Origin: Methanothrix sp.
GTDB taxonomy: Archaea > Halobacteriota > Methanosarcinia > Methanotrichales > Methanotrichaceae
NCBI GenBank assembly: GCA_037128175.1
Contig: JBAXWY010000025.1
Coordinates: forward strand, 1-36,940
Direction of reading: 5' to 3'
Length of the DNA: 36,940 nucleotides
Made by a program: the position numbers and the translations under genes. Positions 27,695 to 36,940 of the stretch are shown in pieces. The notes beneath the pieces are model-generated. The model was not told the DNA's origin and made no database searches. It saw only the letters and a program-made list of their open reading frames with translations. Position 1 is the stretch's first letter, and the number at the start of each line of letters is the position of its first letter.

Positions 27695-28510
27695 TTAGTA
27701 CAGGCGTATATCGTTGGGGGAGACTATTGGATTAATAAAAGCTGTGCCTGGTGCAATATCAAAATATACCACATCTCCATCGTCGAAAATTGGCAATCCG
27801 AACGGATCAACGTTGCCGTTTGCATTGAAGAATGCTAGTTGAGCAATCGGGGTTCGTCCTGGCGCAGGGAACGGGCCGCCATTATTCTGAGTAGCCGCGA
27901 GCAATGGTATTGTCTTGAATAACGTCAATTGTTTTCCTGCGTCACTATCGCTGAGAGATACCTTTGAGCCTGCAGGGAAGACTGCATTTGCAGTTATTCG
28001 GATATCATTCGTGCCAACACCAACTGCAAGGGGCGGTGATAAGACCTTCAGATATACAGGGTCTTCCAGGTCATATCCTGCGCTTCCTGCTACATTCAGA
28101 TAGTAAAAGCTGACGGCACCCGCGGATGGTAGGTTTGGTGGTGCCACAATAAGCGGCTGACCCATATCGGTATCTGCGGGCTTCACATAAGATCCTGCAG
28201 GATAACTCCCCCATCCGGTCAGTCGAATGTCATTTGCCTGAACAAATCTTAAACCGACTACAGCTGCGCTACCAAATTGAAGATAGGCGACATCCTGATC
28301 ATCGTATACATTATTGGCATTTATATCCCAGTAGGAAACATGTGTAGTTCTTTGAGGAGGGGCACCGACAAGAGAAAACGTCGATAGCGGAAGCCCCACA
28401 TCCGGATCTCCTGCCTTTACCTTCGTTCCAAATGTCTGCTGCCCTGCCGCCTGGCCGGATGCGAGTATCGCCAGGCATAGCAGAATGCATATCCATATTC
28501 TATTATTCAC
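27695..28510 (-). CDS. Secreted protein with three internal repeats
   Basis: GTG at 28510 with AGGTG RBS gives a clean signal peptide; NDIR(L/I) occurs three times. Confidence 0.82.
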   Translation of the reverse strand: MNNRIWICILLCLAILASGQAAGQQTFGTKVKAGDPDVGLPLSTFSLVGAPPQRTTHVSYWDINANNVYDDQDVAYLQFGSAAVVGLRFVQANDIRLTGWGSYPAGSYVKPADTDMGQPLIVAPPNLPSAGAVSFYYLNVAGSAGYDLEDPVYLKVLSPPLAVGVGTNDIRITANAVFPAGSKVSLSDSDAGKQLTLFKTIPLLAATQNNGGPFPAPGRTPIAQLAFFNANGNVDPFGLPIFDDGDVVYFDIAPGTAFINPIVSPNDIRLY

Positions 28511-29012
28511 TGTAACACCTCTTTTGTAACTGATATGTTCAGTTACCTTTAAAAACTTATGCATTTCAGATATACTAATTAATTTATATTGTAATAAACT
28601 TTTTAAAAAAATGTAAAAATAATTCAAATTACGCTATCTATATGACTTCTCTACTCATTGGCAGAATTGCTTAGGTGATCGATCTTTAAGTATCAAATTT
28701 AATTGATCATTAACTTCTTATTTTTCTTGTTATATTAGAAAATTCAATTTATTAATACTAATATTATGTTGTTTGCAAATAGCTTCGCGAATGAAAGCTA
28801 AAATTATTTTGTAATGATGTGTGTGTCATTGGATTAAATCTGAATGCATCATAGTTATTTTTACAGAGTTTCGGTTTCGTTTTCAATACTATTATCTCTA
28901 TTATAACTACGATCATTCTCTTGAATATCCATATGATAATTGCTTTCGATATGTTTATATCCCTTAAAGGAAAATCCTTTCTATATTCAATAGAGTATAG
29001 GGGTGAATTAGA

Positions 29013-29882
29013 ATGAAGGGAGTAGTAATAGCGGCAGCTTTAATTCTAATGCTATGCTGCTGTACCGTCTTGGCGAATCCACCATTGGTGCCGCCAGTAC
29101 AGTACGAACAGTTTTGTGAAGCACAGAAGGTATCCGGAAGCGGCGTTATCGATGTCAGTACCTCAATAGTCGATAAGAAGATCGCTCTGGAGTACTACAA
29201 CAATATGGCCGGAGACGGCGACTTTGAGCTTGACCAGGAGCATGCTTACTCGCAGAATTCCGATAAGCTGCTGAGAAATATATCCTCAGCAAATGGTGGA
29301 AATGAGACACAGCTCAATTTATTCGAGAACACTAAGCTCACTTACGCCAGTAAGGACACGCCTCTTATGGGTACCAAGTTCCTGCATTCCAAGGCGTTTT
29401 ATGGCGGCATAGGTGCGAAGATCCAGGAAAACTTCGCTGTTTATGAGATGGAGAAGGATCAAACATCGTTCTTTGTCTCAACCACGCCCTACAATCCTCA
29501 AGAGCCGGTAATGCCTGTCAACCAGGACTACCTGCAGCTTCTGGCATTGTACTATCCACAGGAATATGCCCAGTACATGGCACAGACCACGCACACCATA
29601 ACTCCTGAGCAGCTCATCAAGGAGCTCAAGGATGCGGGAAGGAACACTAACCGTGTGGCTGAACTCATGGGTAATAATCCGGCCCACCTGATTGGCCTTG
29701 AGACCAGGAATTCCTTTAACGGCACATGGGGAACGGATGCTTCCATGCACAAGATATTCTACAAGGATATCAAAGCCCACGAGATGTTCTCCGGAACATT
29801 CGAGGCTGAGAAGACTATCAAGTTCCATGAAAATCCCGTGCCGGAAAGAGATCGCCCTGTTTGCGACGGCATAGATTGCTAG
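29013..29882 (+). CDS. Secreted hypothetical protein ending CDGIDC
   Basis: GGGGTGA RBS, signal peptide, coherent codon usage. Confidence 0.88.
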   Translation: MKGVVIAAALILMLCCCTVLANPPLVPPVQYEQFCEAQKVSGSGVIDVSTSIVDKKIALEYYNNMAGDGDFELDQEHAYSQNSDKLLRNISSANGGNETQLNLFENTKLTYASKDTPLMGTKFLHSKAFYGGIGAKIQENFAVYEMEKDQTSFFVSTTPYNPQEPVMPVNQDYLQLLALYYPQEYAQYMAQTTHTITPEQLIKELKDAGRNTNRVAELMGNNPAHLIGLETRNSFNGTWGTDASMHKIFYKDIKAHEMFSGTFEAEKTIKFHENPVPERDRPVCDGIDC

Positions 29883-29917
29883 AAAATCGGCAGTCTATCT
29901 ATTTTTATTTTTAAATT

Positions 29918-29952
29918 GAATGCCTCGCAGCTTGCGATGCGGGTGCGCCGCC
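29918..29952 (+). mobile_element. Degenerate short copy of the hairpin element
   Basis: GAATGCCTCGCAGCTTGCGATGCGGGTGCGCCGCC aligns to 34491-34525 with a few mismatches; lacks the GTTTCAC tail. Confidence 0.7.
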
Positions 29953-30031
29953 AATTCGCCAATGAAAATAGAACGCGCATCAAAAAAAGATTGTAGGTTA
30001 CAGGATATACATATCACTGTCTGAAGTGGAG

Positions 30032-30584
30032 TTAAAATGAAATTGCATTGGGGCGGTTAATGTAACCGGAAATTGTTACATAGTGCAAAATTCTATATCC
30101 TGCACCCATATCAACCGCATTGCTTACCTTCTGTAGGTTTTCGATGTAGCTGGAGCGTTCGCTGTCACTCATGCCCTTTGTGGCTTCTTTCAGATCCATG
30201 TTCCTAATTAGCTCCCATTGTTCAATTTTTGATAATCTATCCCATTCTTCGCGGGTTGGTTTCCCTTTCTGGGCTGTCATATCATCGTCTTTCGCAGTGG
30301 AAGATAACACAATTTTATGGCTCATATCGCAAAGGTTACTTGGTTGCCCTACTATCTGTTCATCAGCTGCACCAGTTACCTTTGCATGTGTCGCCCTATA
30401 AAGTCCATATCTCACTATCTAATCTCCTGGCGTCCAGCAACCGTGCCATCTCTTCTTTTTTTAGATATGATGGGCGGTATTCCTTTTCCTGACGCCGATA
30501 CCGTAATGTCTCATGCTGCACTCTTAAATACTTATCGTAAGCCGCAAAAGTTGTATACTTCTGAAATTGTTGACCTATCCTCAC
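30032..30584 (-). pseudogene. Possible degraded hypothetical gene(s): overlapping ORFs 30396-30584 and 30032-30415
   Basis: Two same-strand ORFs overlapping by 20 nt with charged, protein-like composition; no recognisable motif. Confidence 0.3.
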
Positions 30585-31212
30585 TTTTTTAGCAGCACCA
30601 TCTCTTTATTTTTCATTACCATCTGCAAAACATAATGTCCATGGGGATAACCTCTCTCTGCTAAGCATATTTTATTCTGGATCTTTCAATTTAATCATTT
30701 TTATAAACTAGTATTATAAATATTTAATAATTAAATACTTTTCATTAAATTTTCATCATTTAATAATTTGCATTTAACTATTTTTGTTTTATTGTTTATA
30801 TTTTTTAATACTAATTTATTTAATAACATTTAAACGTTTTCATCATAGCATAGGATGATGGGCAAGAAAATCTATCTAAGCATCTATTCTTCGATAGCTA
30901 ACATTGGCAATGAAATCGGAAACATCCGTTAGAAAAAAAGCGCCGATATTTTTATGTAATGATATAGTTTTGTCATTTAAATTTTTCAATCCGCTGGCAA
31001 AGCATAAAGGTAAGATCCTATCATATTAAATTCTCAAAGCGTTATACAGTAAAATTTATATATGATCAGCGATACGCTTTAGATGGGTCCGGGATTTCTT
31101 AAGCAATTTTTATTTCATCCATCCCCTCAAGATGAATCGGCCCGGATCCTCCCCTTAAAAAATCCTCAAAATGCGCCTGGCTTAAATTCCAGTCTTTCCA
31201 GGATATACCATT

Positions 31213-31605
31213 ATGATCGAAATTGAAACCCGGAAATATGTGGAAGTTGTTGATATCACAGATCACGTTGAGCGAACTATGCGAGAGAGCGGCGTGGAAA
31301 ACGGCATCTGTCTTGTCTATTCCCAACATACTACTACCGGATTGACTGTCAATGAAGCGGACGGCGCTTTGATAAACGATATCTTGAACCTGCTGCAGAG
31401 AATCGCCCCCCAGGGTGCAGGCTACCAGCACGATCAAGGCGACGGCAATGCCCATGCTCATTTGCAGGCAACCATGCTCGGAAATAGCGTCATAATTCCC
31501 GTTGAGAATGGGAGACTGGCTATGGGAACGTGGCAGAGGATACTCTTCTTCGAATTGGATGGCCCCAGACTGAGAAGCATATCTGTTCGGTTAATGGCCG
31601 ATTGA
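31213..31605 (+). CDS. yjbQ: YjbQ/UPF0047 family protein
   Basis: HTTTGLTVNE, GNAHAHL, GTWQRILFFELDGPR. Confidence 0.95.
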   Translation: MIEIETRKYVEVVDITDHVERTMRESGVENGICLVYSQHTTTGLTVNEADGALINDILNLLQRIAPQGAGYQHDQGDGNAHAHLQATMLGNSVIIPVENGRLAMGTWQRILFFELDGPRLRSISVRLMAD

Positions 31606-31637
31606 CGGTAAAAAATAAATGAGGGATAAATCCAGGC

Positions 31638-32510
31638 TTACTTGAATATGGTTGTGCCTGTGGTCCTGGCCAGCTCTTTGAAGGCTGCCATGAGATCCTT
31701 TGTGATCTTTCCGGGCTTGCCGTCGCCTACGACCCTGCCGTCGACCTTCGTAACGGGCGCAACCTCTGCTGCTGTGCCTGTAACGAAGACCTCGTCCGCC
31801 GTGTAAAGGTCGAACAGGCCTAAATCCCTCTCCCGGATTTCATTGCCGCCGGCTTTGGCCAGATCCATGACTGCTTCCCTGGTTATGCCCTTGAGATTGT
31901 TTACGGTAAAGGGTGTGTAGATCTTACCGCCTTTAATGACGAATATATTGTCTCCGCTTCCTTCCGACAGCAATCCCCGAGAATCGAGGATGATGGCCTC
32001 ATTGCCGCCTTTGACATTGGCCTCAATCTTTGCCAGGATATTGTTCAGATAGTTGAGGCTCTTGATGTTGGGCGGCAGGCTGTCCGGCGAATTTCTGCGC
32101 ACAGCGACGGTGATTGCCGTGAGGCCGACCTCGTAAAGGTCTCCGTACATTGCCCCCCACTCGACGGCAATGATGATGATCGAAGCCAGGCTGCACTTAT
32201 TGGGATCAAGGCCCAGGTCTCCGAAGCCCCGGGTGACAATGGGCCGAATATAAGCATCACGGAGGTTATTCTTCCTCAGAGTCTCCAGGATTGCCTCGCA
32301 CATCTCCTCCTGGCTCATGGGAACGCAGAGCAAGATGGCCTTTGCCGAGTCGAAGAGCCTTTGGACGTGATCCTCGAGCCGGAAGACGCGCCCTCCATAG
32401 GCCCTTATGCCCTCGAAGACTCCGTCTCCATAGAGAAATCCGTGATCAAAGACCGAAACCGCAGCTTGTTCCGCCGGAACAAACTTTCCGTTAAGATAAA
32501 TTAGGGTCAT
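31638..32510 (-). CDS. ilvE: Branched-chain amino acid aminotransferase
   Basis: [41 protein letters not shown]; ATG at 32510. Confidence 0.96.
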   Translation of the reverse strand: MTLIYLNGKFVPAEQAAVSVFDHGFLYGDGVFEGIRAYGGRVFRLEDHVQRLFDSAKAILLCVPMSQEEMCEAILETLRKNNLRDAYIRPIVTRGFGDLGLDPNKCSLASIIIIAVEWGAMYGDLYEVGLTAITVAVRRNSPDSLPPNIKSLNYLNNILAKIEANVKGGNEAIILDSRGLLSEGSGDNIFVIKGGKIYTPFTVNNLKGITREAVMDLAKAGGNEIRERDLGLFDLYTADEVFVTGTAAEVAPVTKVDGRVVGDGKPGKITKDLMAAFKELARTTGTTIFK

Positions 32511-32630
32511 AGAGCATCTCGCCATGGGACAATTGCCGAGGATAAATGCGTTTTGATCGTTAAGTGAATCGACGGGTTTATTAGTGAAGGGAGGAAGGGA
32601 GGTGCCTACTTTTAACGGGGTTTGGAGCTT

Positions 32631-33041
32631 ATGGCAAGACTTGGTTTCGTAGTCTCGGAGTTCAATAGGGACATTACCTATCAGATGGAGCTTTTGGGCA
32701 GAGAGCATGCCCGGTTCCTGGGTGCAGAGGTCGCTACTGTCATTTATGTTCCTGGCGTTTATGACATGCCCCTCGTGGTGAAGAAGCTGCTTCGTCGCGA
32801 GGACATCGATGCGGTCGTGACCATCGGCTGCGTCATCCAGGGGGAGACCTCTCATGATGAAATTGTGGTCTCGCAAGCGGCCCGAAAGCTGATGGATCTA
32901 TCTCTAGAGTATGACAAGCCGGTAACTCTCGGCATCACCGGTCCCAAGATGTCCCGGCCTGATGCCCATAAAAGGGTGGATTATGCCAAGCGGGCGGTCG
33001 AGGCGGCAGTCAAGCTTTTGCAGAATCTGGGTGGTGTTTAG
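32631..33041 (+). CDS. ribH: 6,7-dimethyl-8-ribityllumazine synthase
   Basis: [34 protein letters not shown]. Confidence 0.95.
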   Translation: MARLGFVVSEFNRDITYQMELLGREHARFLGAEVATVIYVPGVYDMPLVVKKLLRREDIDAVVTIGCVIQGETSHDEIVVSQAARKLMDLSLEYDKPVTLGITGPKMSRPDAHKRVDYAKRAVEAAVKLLQNLGGV

Positions 33042-33043
33042 AA

Positions 33044-34180
33044 ATGGTCTCTGTGCGGATGGCCTCCATTCACGAATCAACCACTTTGAAGATCTCGGCT
33101 ATGGCCAAGAAGCTGGCAGCCGGCGGCCTGGATATCATCGATATGGGGGTAGGCGAGCCGGATTTCGATACCCCTAAGCATATTGTCGAGGCGGGCTGTA
33201 GCTCCATCAGAGCAGGCGAGACGCGCTACGCTCCCACTGCCGGCATTCCCGAACTGCGGCGGGCCATTGCCGATAAACTGGTCCGGGAAAATTCGCTTCC
33301 TGTTACGGCGGATGATGTCGTAGTGACCCCGGGTGCCAAGATGGCCGTATTTGCCGCTATCCAGGCGCTCCTCCAGGAGGGCGATGAGTGCGCTCTCATC
33401 GGGCCTTCCTGGGTGAGCTACGAGCCCTGTGTGGCCTTTTCCGGTGGAAGCGTCTCCTGGGGAAGAGTGGATGATAATTTTATGCCGCAAAACATCGCGG
33501 AAACAATCAATTCCAAGACGCGGCTCATCATTGTCAACTCTCCTTCCAACCCCACGGGATCGGTATTCGACAGAGAGGTGCTGGAGGAGATTCGCGATCT
33601 GGCCATAGATCACAATCTGTTTGTCATCTCTGATGAGATCTACGAGAAGATAATCTATGATCGCGAACACATCAGCATTGGCTCAATGCCGGGAATGGAG
33701 GAAAGAACCGTAACCATCAACGGTTTCTCCAAGGTTTATGCCATGACGGGATGGCGTCTGGGTTACCTTACCGGCCCCAAAGAGACCATGAAATGGGTAA
33801 CCAGACTGCTTTCCCACTCTGTCTCCCAGGCCACAACCTTTGTACAGCGGGCTGGAGTTGTCGCCATGCAGGGGCCGCAGGGCGAGGTCGCTTCCATGGT
33901 GACGGAGTTTCGGGCGCGCCGGGATATGCTGGTCGCGGGGCTGAAGGATTTAGGAATACCTTGCAGCGTGCCTGGAGGGGCCTTCTACCTCTTCCCGGAT
34001 GTATCTGCATTGGGCGGTGGGGATGCTTTCACAGATAAGTTGCTCAAAGATGCCCTCATTGCGGCCACGCCCGGATCGGCCTTTGGGCCGGGTGGCGTAG
34101 ATTATGTCCGGCTCTCCTATGCCACTTCTCAAAGCCGAATCAAACAGGCTCTGGAAAGAATTGAAAATATTCTTGAATAG
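33044..34180 (+). CDS. PLP-dependent class I aminotransferase (aspartate aminotransferase-like)
   Basis: GEPDF, NSPSNPTG, DEIY, FSKVYAMTGWRLG. Confidence 0.95.
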   Translation: MVSVRMASIHESTTLKISAMAKKLAAGGLDIIDMGVGEPDFDTPKHIVEAGCSSIRAGETRYAPTAGIPELRRAIADKLVRENSLPVTADDVVVTPGAKMAVFAAIQALLQEGDECALIGPSWVSYEPCVAFSGGSVSWGRVDDNFMPQNIAETINSKTRLIIVNSPSNPTGSVFDREVLEEIRDLAIDHNLFVISDEIYEKIIYDREHISIGSMPGMEERTVTINGFSKVYAMTGWRLGYLTGPKETMKWVTRLLSHSVSQATTFVQRAGVVAMQGPQGEVASMVTEFRARRDMLVAGLKDLGIPCSVPGGAFYLFPDVSALGGGDAFTDKLLKDALIAATPGSAFGPGGVDYVRLSYATSQSRIKQALERIENILE

Positions 34181-34490
34181 GACGGAATATGTATTTTTTC
34201 ACTTATGGGTCGCCAAGGAAGGTGGATTCTGCTGAAGCTTGACGATTAGGGCTGAAAACGTCTCCATTCTTCTTCAGTTAAAGAAAATATTACTAATTAT
34301 TTAATATTTTTTTCACAAACAGGAACATTCTTTAGGCGTCTGGGTGGACTATGCTCTAAAGTTCCGACTTAAAATATGGATCAAAATTATGTTTAGTTTT
34401 TTATTTGCACCTTAGTTATTTAAGATTATTCATGTTGGTTTATCCTCTCTGCAAGAATACAATACACAACGCCTAATTTTCATTTTTGAT

Positions 34491-34535
34491 GAATACCCCG
34501 CAGCTTGCTGCGCGGGTGCGCCGCCGCCGTTTCAC
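34491..34535 (+). mobile_element. Minimal 45-nt copy of the hairpin element
   Basis: GAATACCCCGCAGCTTGCTGCGCGGGTGCGCCGCCGCCGTTTCAC, preceded by TTGAT. Confidence 0.75.
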
Positions 34536-34628
34536 TAAATAAGCTAATACGCAAATATTTATTGCCTCGATATTATCTGCATTTAATAATAAAACTTTCG
34601 GATCTCTCTTACTTATTAACTTGCTGAC

Positions 34629-34660
34629 AAGGTTTAAATATCATATTTGCCTTAAACCTT
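34629..34660 (+). promoter_or_regulatory. TATA box overlapped by a perfect 9-bp inverted repeat
   Basis: AAGGTTTAA-N14-TTAAACCTT; TTTAAATA overlaps the left arm. Confidence 0.55.
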
Positions 34661-34783
34661 ACCATGATTGATCGCTCAGCTTGGTCGGTTTTTGTAGTCA
34701 GAATCCCTTGCTTTCAAGACAACTGCTACTAACAACCGTGCTAAGTCTTCGGGGAGGATCGATTAGGGTGGGAGGGAAATAAT

Positions 34784-35599
34784 ATGCTTGGCTTTTGTGC
34801 TAAGAATGGATGGTACATTGAAGAGCAAAAAAAGAGTGATGGCGATAGATCCATTAGCTATGCGCTTATAATATTATTTTTAAAGCAATACCCCGATGCT
34901 TGCATCGGGGATAAAGGGCATGCTTATTCAGCTTAGGTTTGGATCAGCTTAACCTGGTTCCACCTTCATGCGGCGGCGCCTTGGATGCCCCGCAGCTTGC
35001 TGCGCGGGTGCGCCGCCGCCGTTTCACTAGCTGGTTTTTTTTATTCCGGCGCATGCATGGCTGAAAACCTGGAATATTGCTATGATCATCCCTTAAGCAT
35101 TGGGGATTGGTCGGATAATGCAACTCTTCCGAAGTTCGATTCGAGCCTCGGAAAAATAACAGATGTCCATATCAGGATGAATTATACACTAGCATATAAT
35201 TTTAGTTTAAAAAACATTGCTGATTATGCAGCAAATACCTCAATTGATATTGGAGGAAATTTATCTTTGACACTCCCAGACAATACCTCATTGACAATAG
35301 ACGCAGAAGGGAACAGGACCGTATCCTTAAGCCCGAATGAAACTGCATCTTCTAGTGAGTCAATCAATAGATCGCGGAGTTTTGATTTGAGTAGTTTTGA
35401 TGGATTTGCAGGCTCATCTTCCGGAGAGACGATTATTTTGCCCTTGACTGTTTCTACCCATAGTTCCACGTTGTTTAGTGGAGATATCATGACCGAGTTA
35501 AAATCTCACGGGGCAGCTTCGGTCTGTATAACCTATGAATTTGTTCCTGCCAAAGGAGCGCAGATTAATTTATCAGAGAATGGTGGTGAGGGATTATGA
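34784..35599 (+). pseudogene. Secreted choice-of-anchor-E-like protein interrupted in its signal sequence by the element
   Basis: ATG 34784 after GGAGGG; removing 34884-35027 restores ...YALIILFLIAGFFYSGACMA|ENLEY; LPKFDSSLG motif. Confidence 0.75.
34884..35027 (+). mobile_element. Full-length (about 144 nt) non-autonomous IS200/IS605-like element
   Basis: Left hairpin CCCCGATGC-TT-GCATCGGGG, right hairpin CGCAGC-TT-GCTGCG, TTCAC end, TTTAA on the left flank, no target duplication. Confidence 0.8.
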
Positions 35600-36940
35600 A
35601 GAAAATCGGAGTCTTAGTTAGCTATCTAACTATTATTTTATTGATTGCACCAGCAATTGCTGCAGAATATACAACAATTCCCGATGTAAAGGTAATTGGC
35701 GAAGGTTCACTCGCTACCAAGCATCATATATTTGATAAATTCAATCCCAATTTGGGTACATTGCTATGGGTGAAGCTCGACAGTACTAACCTTGAAATGA
35801 GAGAATATGTCAATGTACGTCCAGATGATGTCGGCACTACCAGTGTTTATCTTTCTTCATTGATGACGGTAACTGTTGACATTCCAGGTCCTACTAATTT
35901 TGTCATCACCAGTCCACACAATTGGTACCCCCAGCCTGACGGCACGACCGTGCCTATTACATTAAGAACATTGATTCCACTTGACACTGATTACTGGATT
36001 GATATGTTTTCGCATTCAGATGGTACGGGTACAATTACCTATACAGATGCTCCTACGCTTGCTTCTTTCACTGGAACAACGGGAAGCGTCGATATACCCG
36101 TATCTGGCACATCAGCGTCAGCAATACATTCAGATCCCTTGGGGTGGACTGGCTCCTATAGCCCAAAAATGCTCTCCACTCTCCAGGCAACCTACCATTA
36201 TGCCGCCACCCCGGGAGTTCAAATTAAGAAATTTACGAACGGCATTGATGCCGATACCCCGACCGGTCCCTACATTCGCGTAGGCAGCCCTGTATTGTGG
36301 GAGTATTATCTACACAACACAGGAAACGTCCCATTAACCGTAGATTCAGTCACAGATAGCGAAACTGGCGTAACGACCGCCTACGTAAGCGGCGATGCAA
36401 ACTTAAACGGCTTGCTCGATTTAACCGAAATCTGGTATTACACAGCTTCAGGCACAGCTACGACATCCGGTCAGTACTCTAATACCGGATCGGTTACTGC
36501 CCATGACGTCAATGGTGTGCCAGCCACTGACACCGATGATAGCCACTACTACGGTGCTAACCCCTCGATCGAGGTTATCAAGTATACAAACGGCGATGAT
36601 GCCAATACAGCCCCCGGTCCCTACATTCGTGTAGGCCTCCCAGTCACCTGGACCTACAAGGTCACCAACACCGGCAACGTCCCTCTGGCCACGGTCACAG
36701 TCACCGATGATAAGCTGACCGGCTGGTCTGATACAACCATAACCAACCTGGCTGTTGGCGCTTTCCAAACAGTTACCGCCCCGGTCGGAACCTCAGTAGC
36801 CGGCCAGTACGAGAATACCGGTACGGCAGTGGGCACGATTGGTGCAGCCTATGGAGATGGAGCCACCGTCCAGGACACCGATCTTAGCCACTACTACGGC
36901 GCCTCTCCTTCGATTGAGGTTATCAAGTATACAAACGGCG
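35596..36940 (+). CDS. Large surface protein, 3'-partial: signal peptide, choice-of-anchor-E-like domain, tandem ~115-aa DUF11-like Ig repeats
   Basis: Not in the ORF track; open frame from ATG 35596 (ATGA overlap with the previous stop) to the window end: MKKIGVLVSYLTIILLIAPAIA, KFNPNLGTL, repeats IKxTNG...NTGNVPL...QYxNTG...DTDxSHYYG. Confidence 0.92.
   Translation, partial: MKKIGVLVSYLTIILLIAPAIAAEYTTIPDVKVIGEGSLATKHHIFDKFNPNLGTLLWVKLDSTNLEMREYVNVRPDDVGTTSVYLSSLMTVTVDIPGPTNFVITSPHNWYPQPDGTTVPITLRTLIPLDTDYWIDMFSHSDGTGTITYTDAPTLASFTGTTGSVDIPVSGTSASAIHSDPLGWTGSYSPKMLSTLQATYHYAATPGVQIKKFTNGIDADTPTGPYIRVGSPVLWEYYLHNTGNVPLTVDSVTDSETGVTTAYVSGDANLNGLLDLTEIWYYTASGTATTSGQYSNTGSVTAHDVNGVPATDTDDSHYYGANPSIEVIKYTNGDDANTAPGPYIRVGLPVTWTYKVTNTGNVPLATVTVTDDKLTGWSDTTITNLAVGAFQTVTAPVGTSVAGQYENTGTAVGTIGAAYGDGATVQDTDLSHYYGASPSIEVIKYTNG

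Noticed and set aside
28511-28627. N-terminal extension of the three-repeat protein
   Set aside because: AT-rich promoter-like DNA; the RBS and signal peptide fit GTG 28510
32511-32630. FMN riboswitch upstream of ribH
   Set aside because: Short divergent intergenic region without the conserved FMN aptamer motifs
32511-32876. N-terminal extension of IlvE in the ORF track
   Set aside because: It overlaps ribH on the opposite strand; the family starts at MTLIYLNG
34934-34936. Pyrrolysine read-through of the single TAG in the insert
   Set aside because: No pyl genes in the window, and read-through would put 48 non-signal residues into the hydrophobic core
34985-35027. ORF-track N-termini MPRSLLRG (34985) and MRRRRF (34)
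   Set aside because: Both starts fall inside the repeated element, so they are unlikely to be native starts
1-36940. CRISPR array, tRNA or rRNA
   Set aside because: No regularly spaced repeat-spacer units or cloverleaf/rRNA signatures seen; the repeated hairpins are dispersed

Overview
Archaeal chromosomal window, most consistent with a Methanothrix/Methanosaeta-like methanogen (inference from gene content, archaeal RibH/IlvE/QueE types, PGF-CTERM-like sorting signal, many N-glycosylation-rich secreted proteins). It mixes housekeeping genes (aldo/keto reductase, queE, GAPN-like dehydrogenase, yjbQ, ilvE, ribH, aspartate aminotransferase, radical SAM/DUF4130 DNA-repair pair) with many secreted proteins and AT-rich accessory patches. 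No rRNA, tRNA or CRISPR array was seen. The two strongest candidates for an undescribed system are: (1) a family of tiny non-coding IS200/IS605-like hairpin elements (4 copies). One full-length copy of about 144 nt splits a secreted-protein gene inside its signal peptide, with no target duplication, and could act as a trans-acting TnpB guide RNA. (2) A tightly coupled RLAN / RimK-type ATP-grasp / YkgJ Cys-cluster / GCS2 ligase operon predicted to make or attach a gamma-glutamyl peptide. Three coding regions are missing from the ORF track: a truncated RelE-like toxin, a 42-aa antitoxin-like gene, and a large repeat surface protein running off the right end. All family assignments come from motif recognition by eye, not from database searches.
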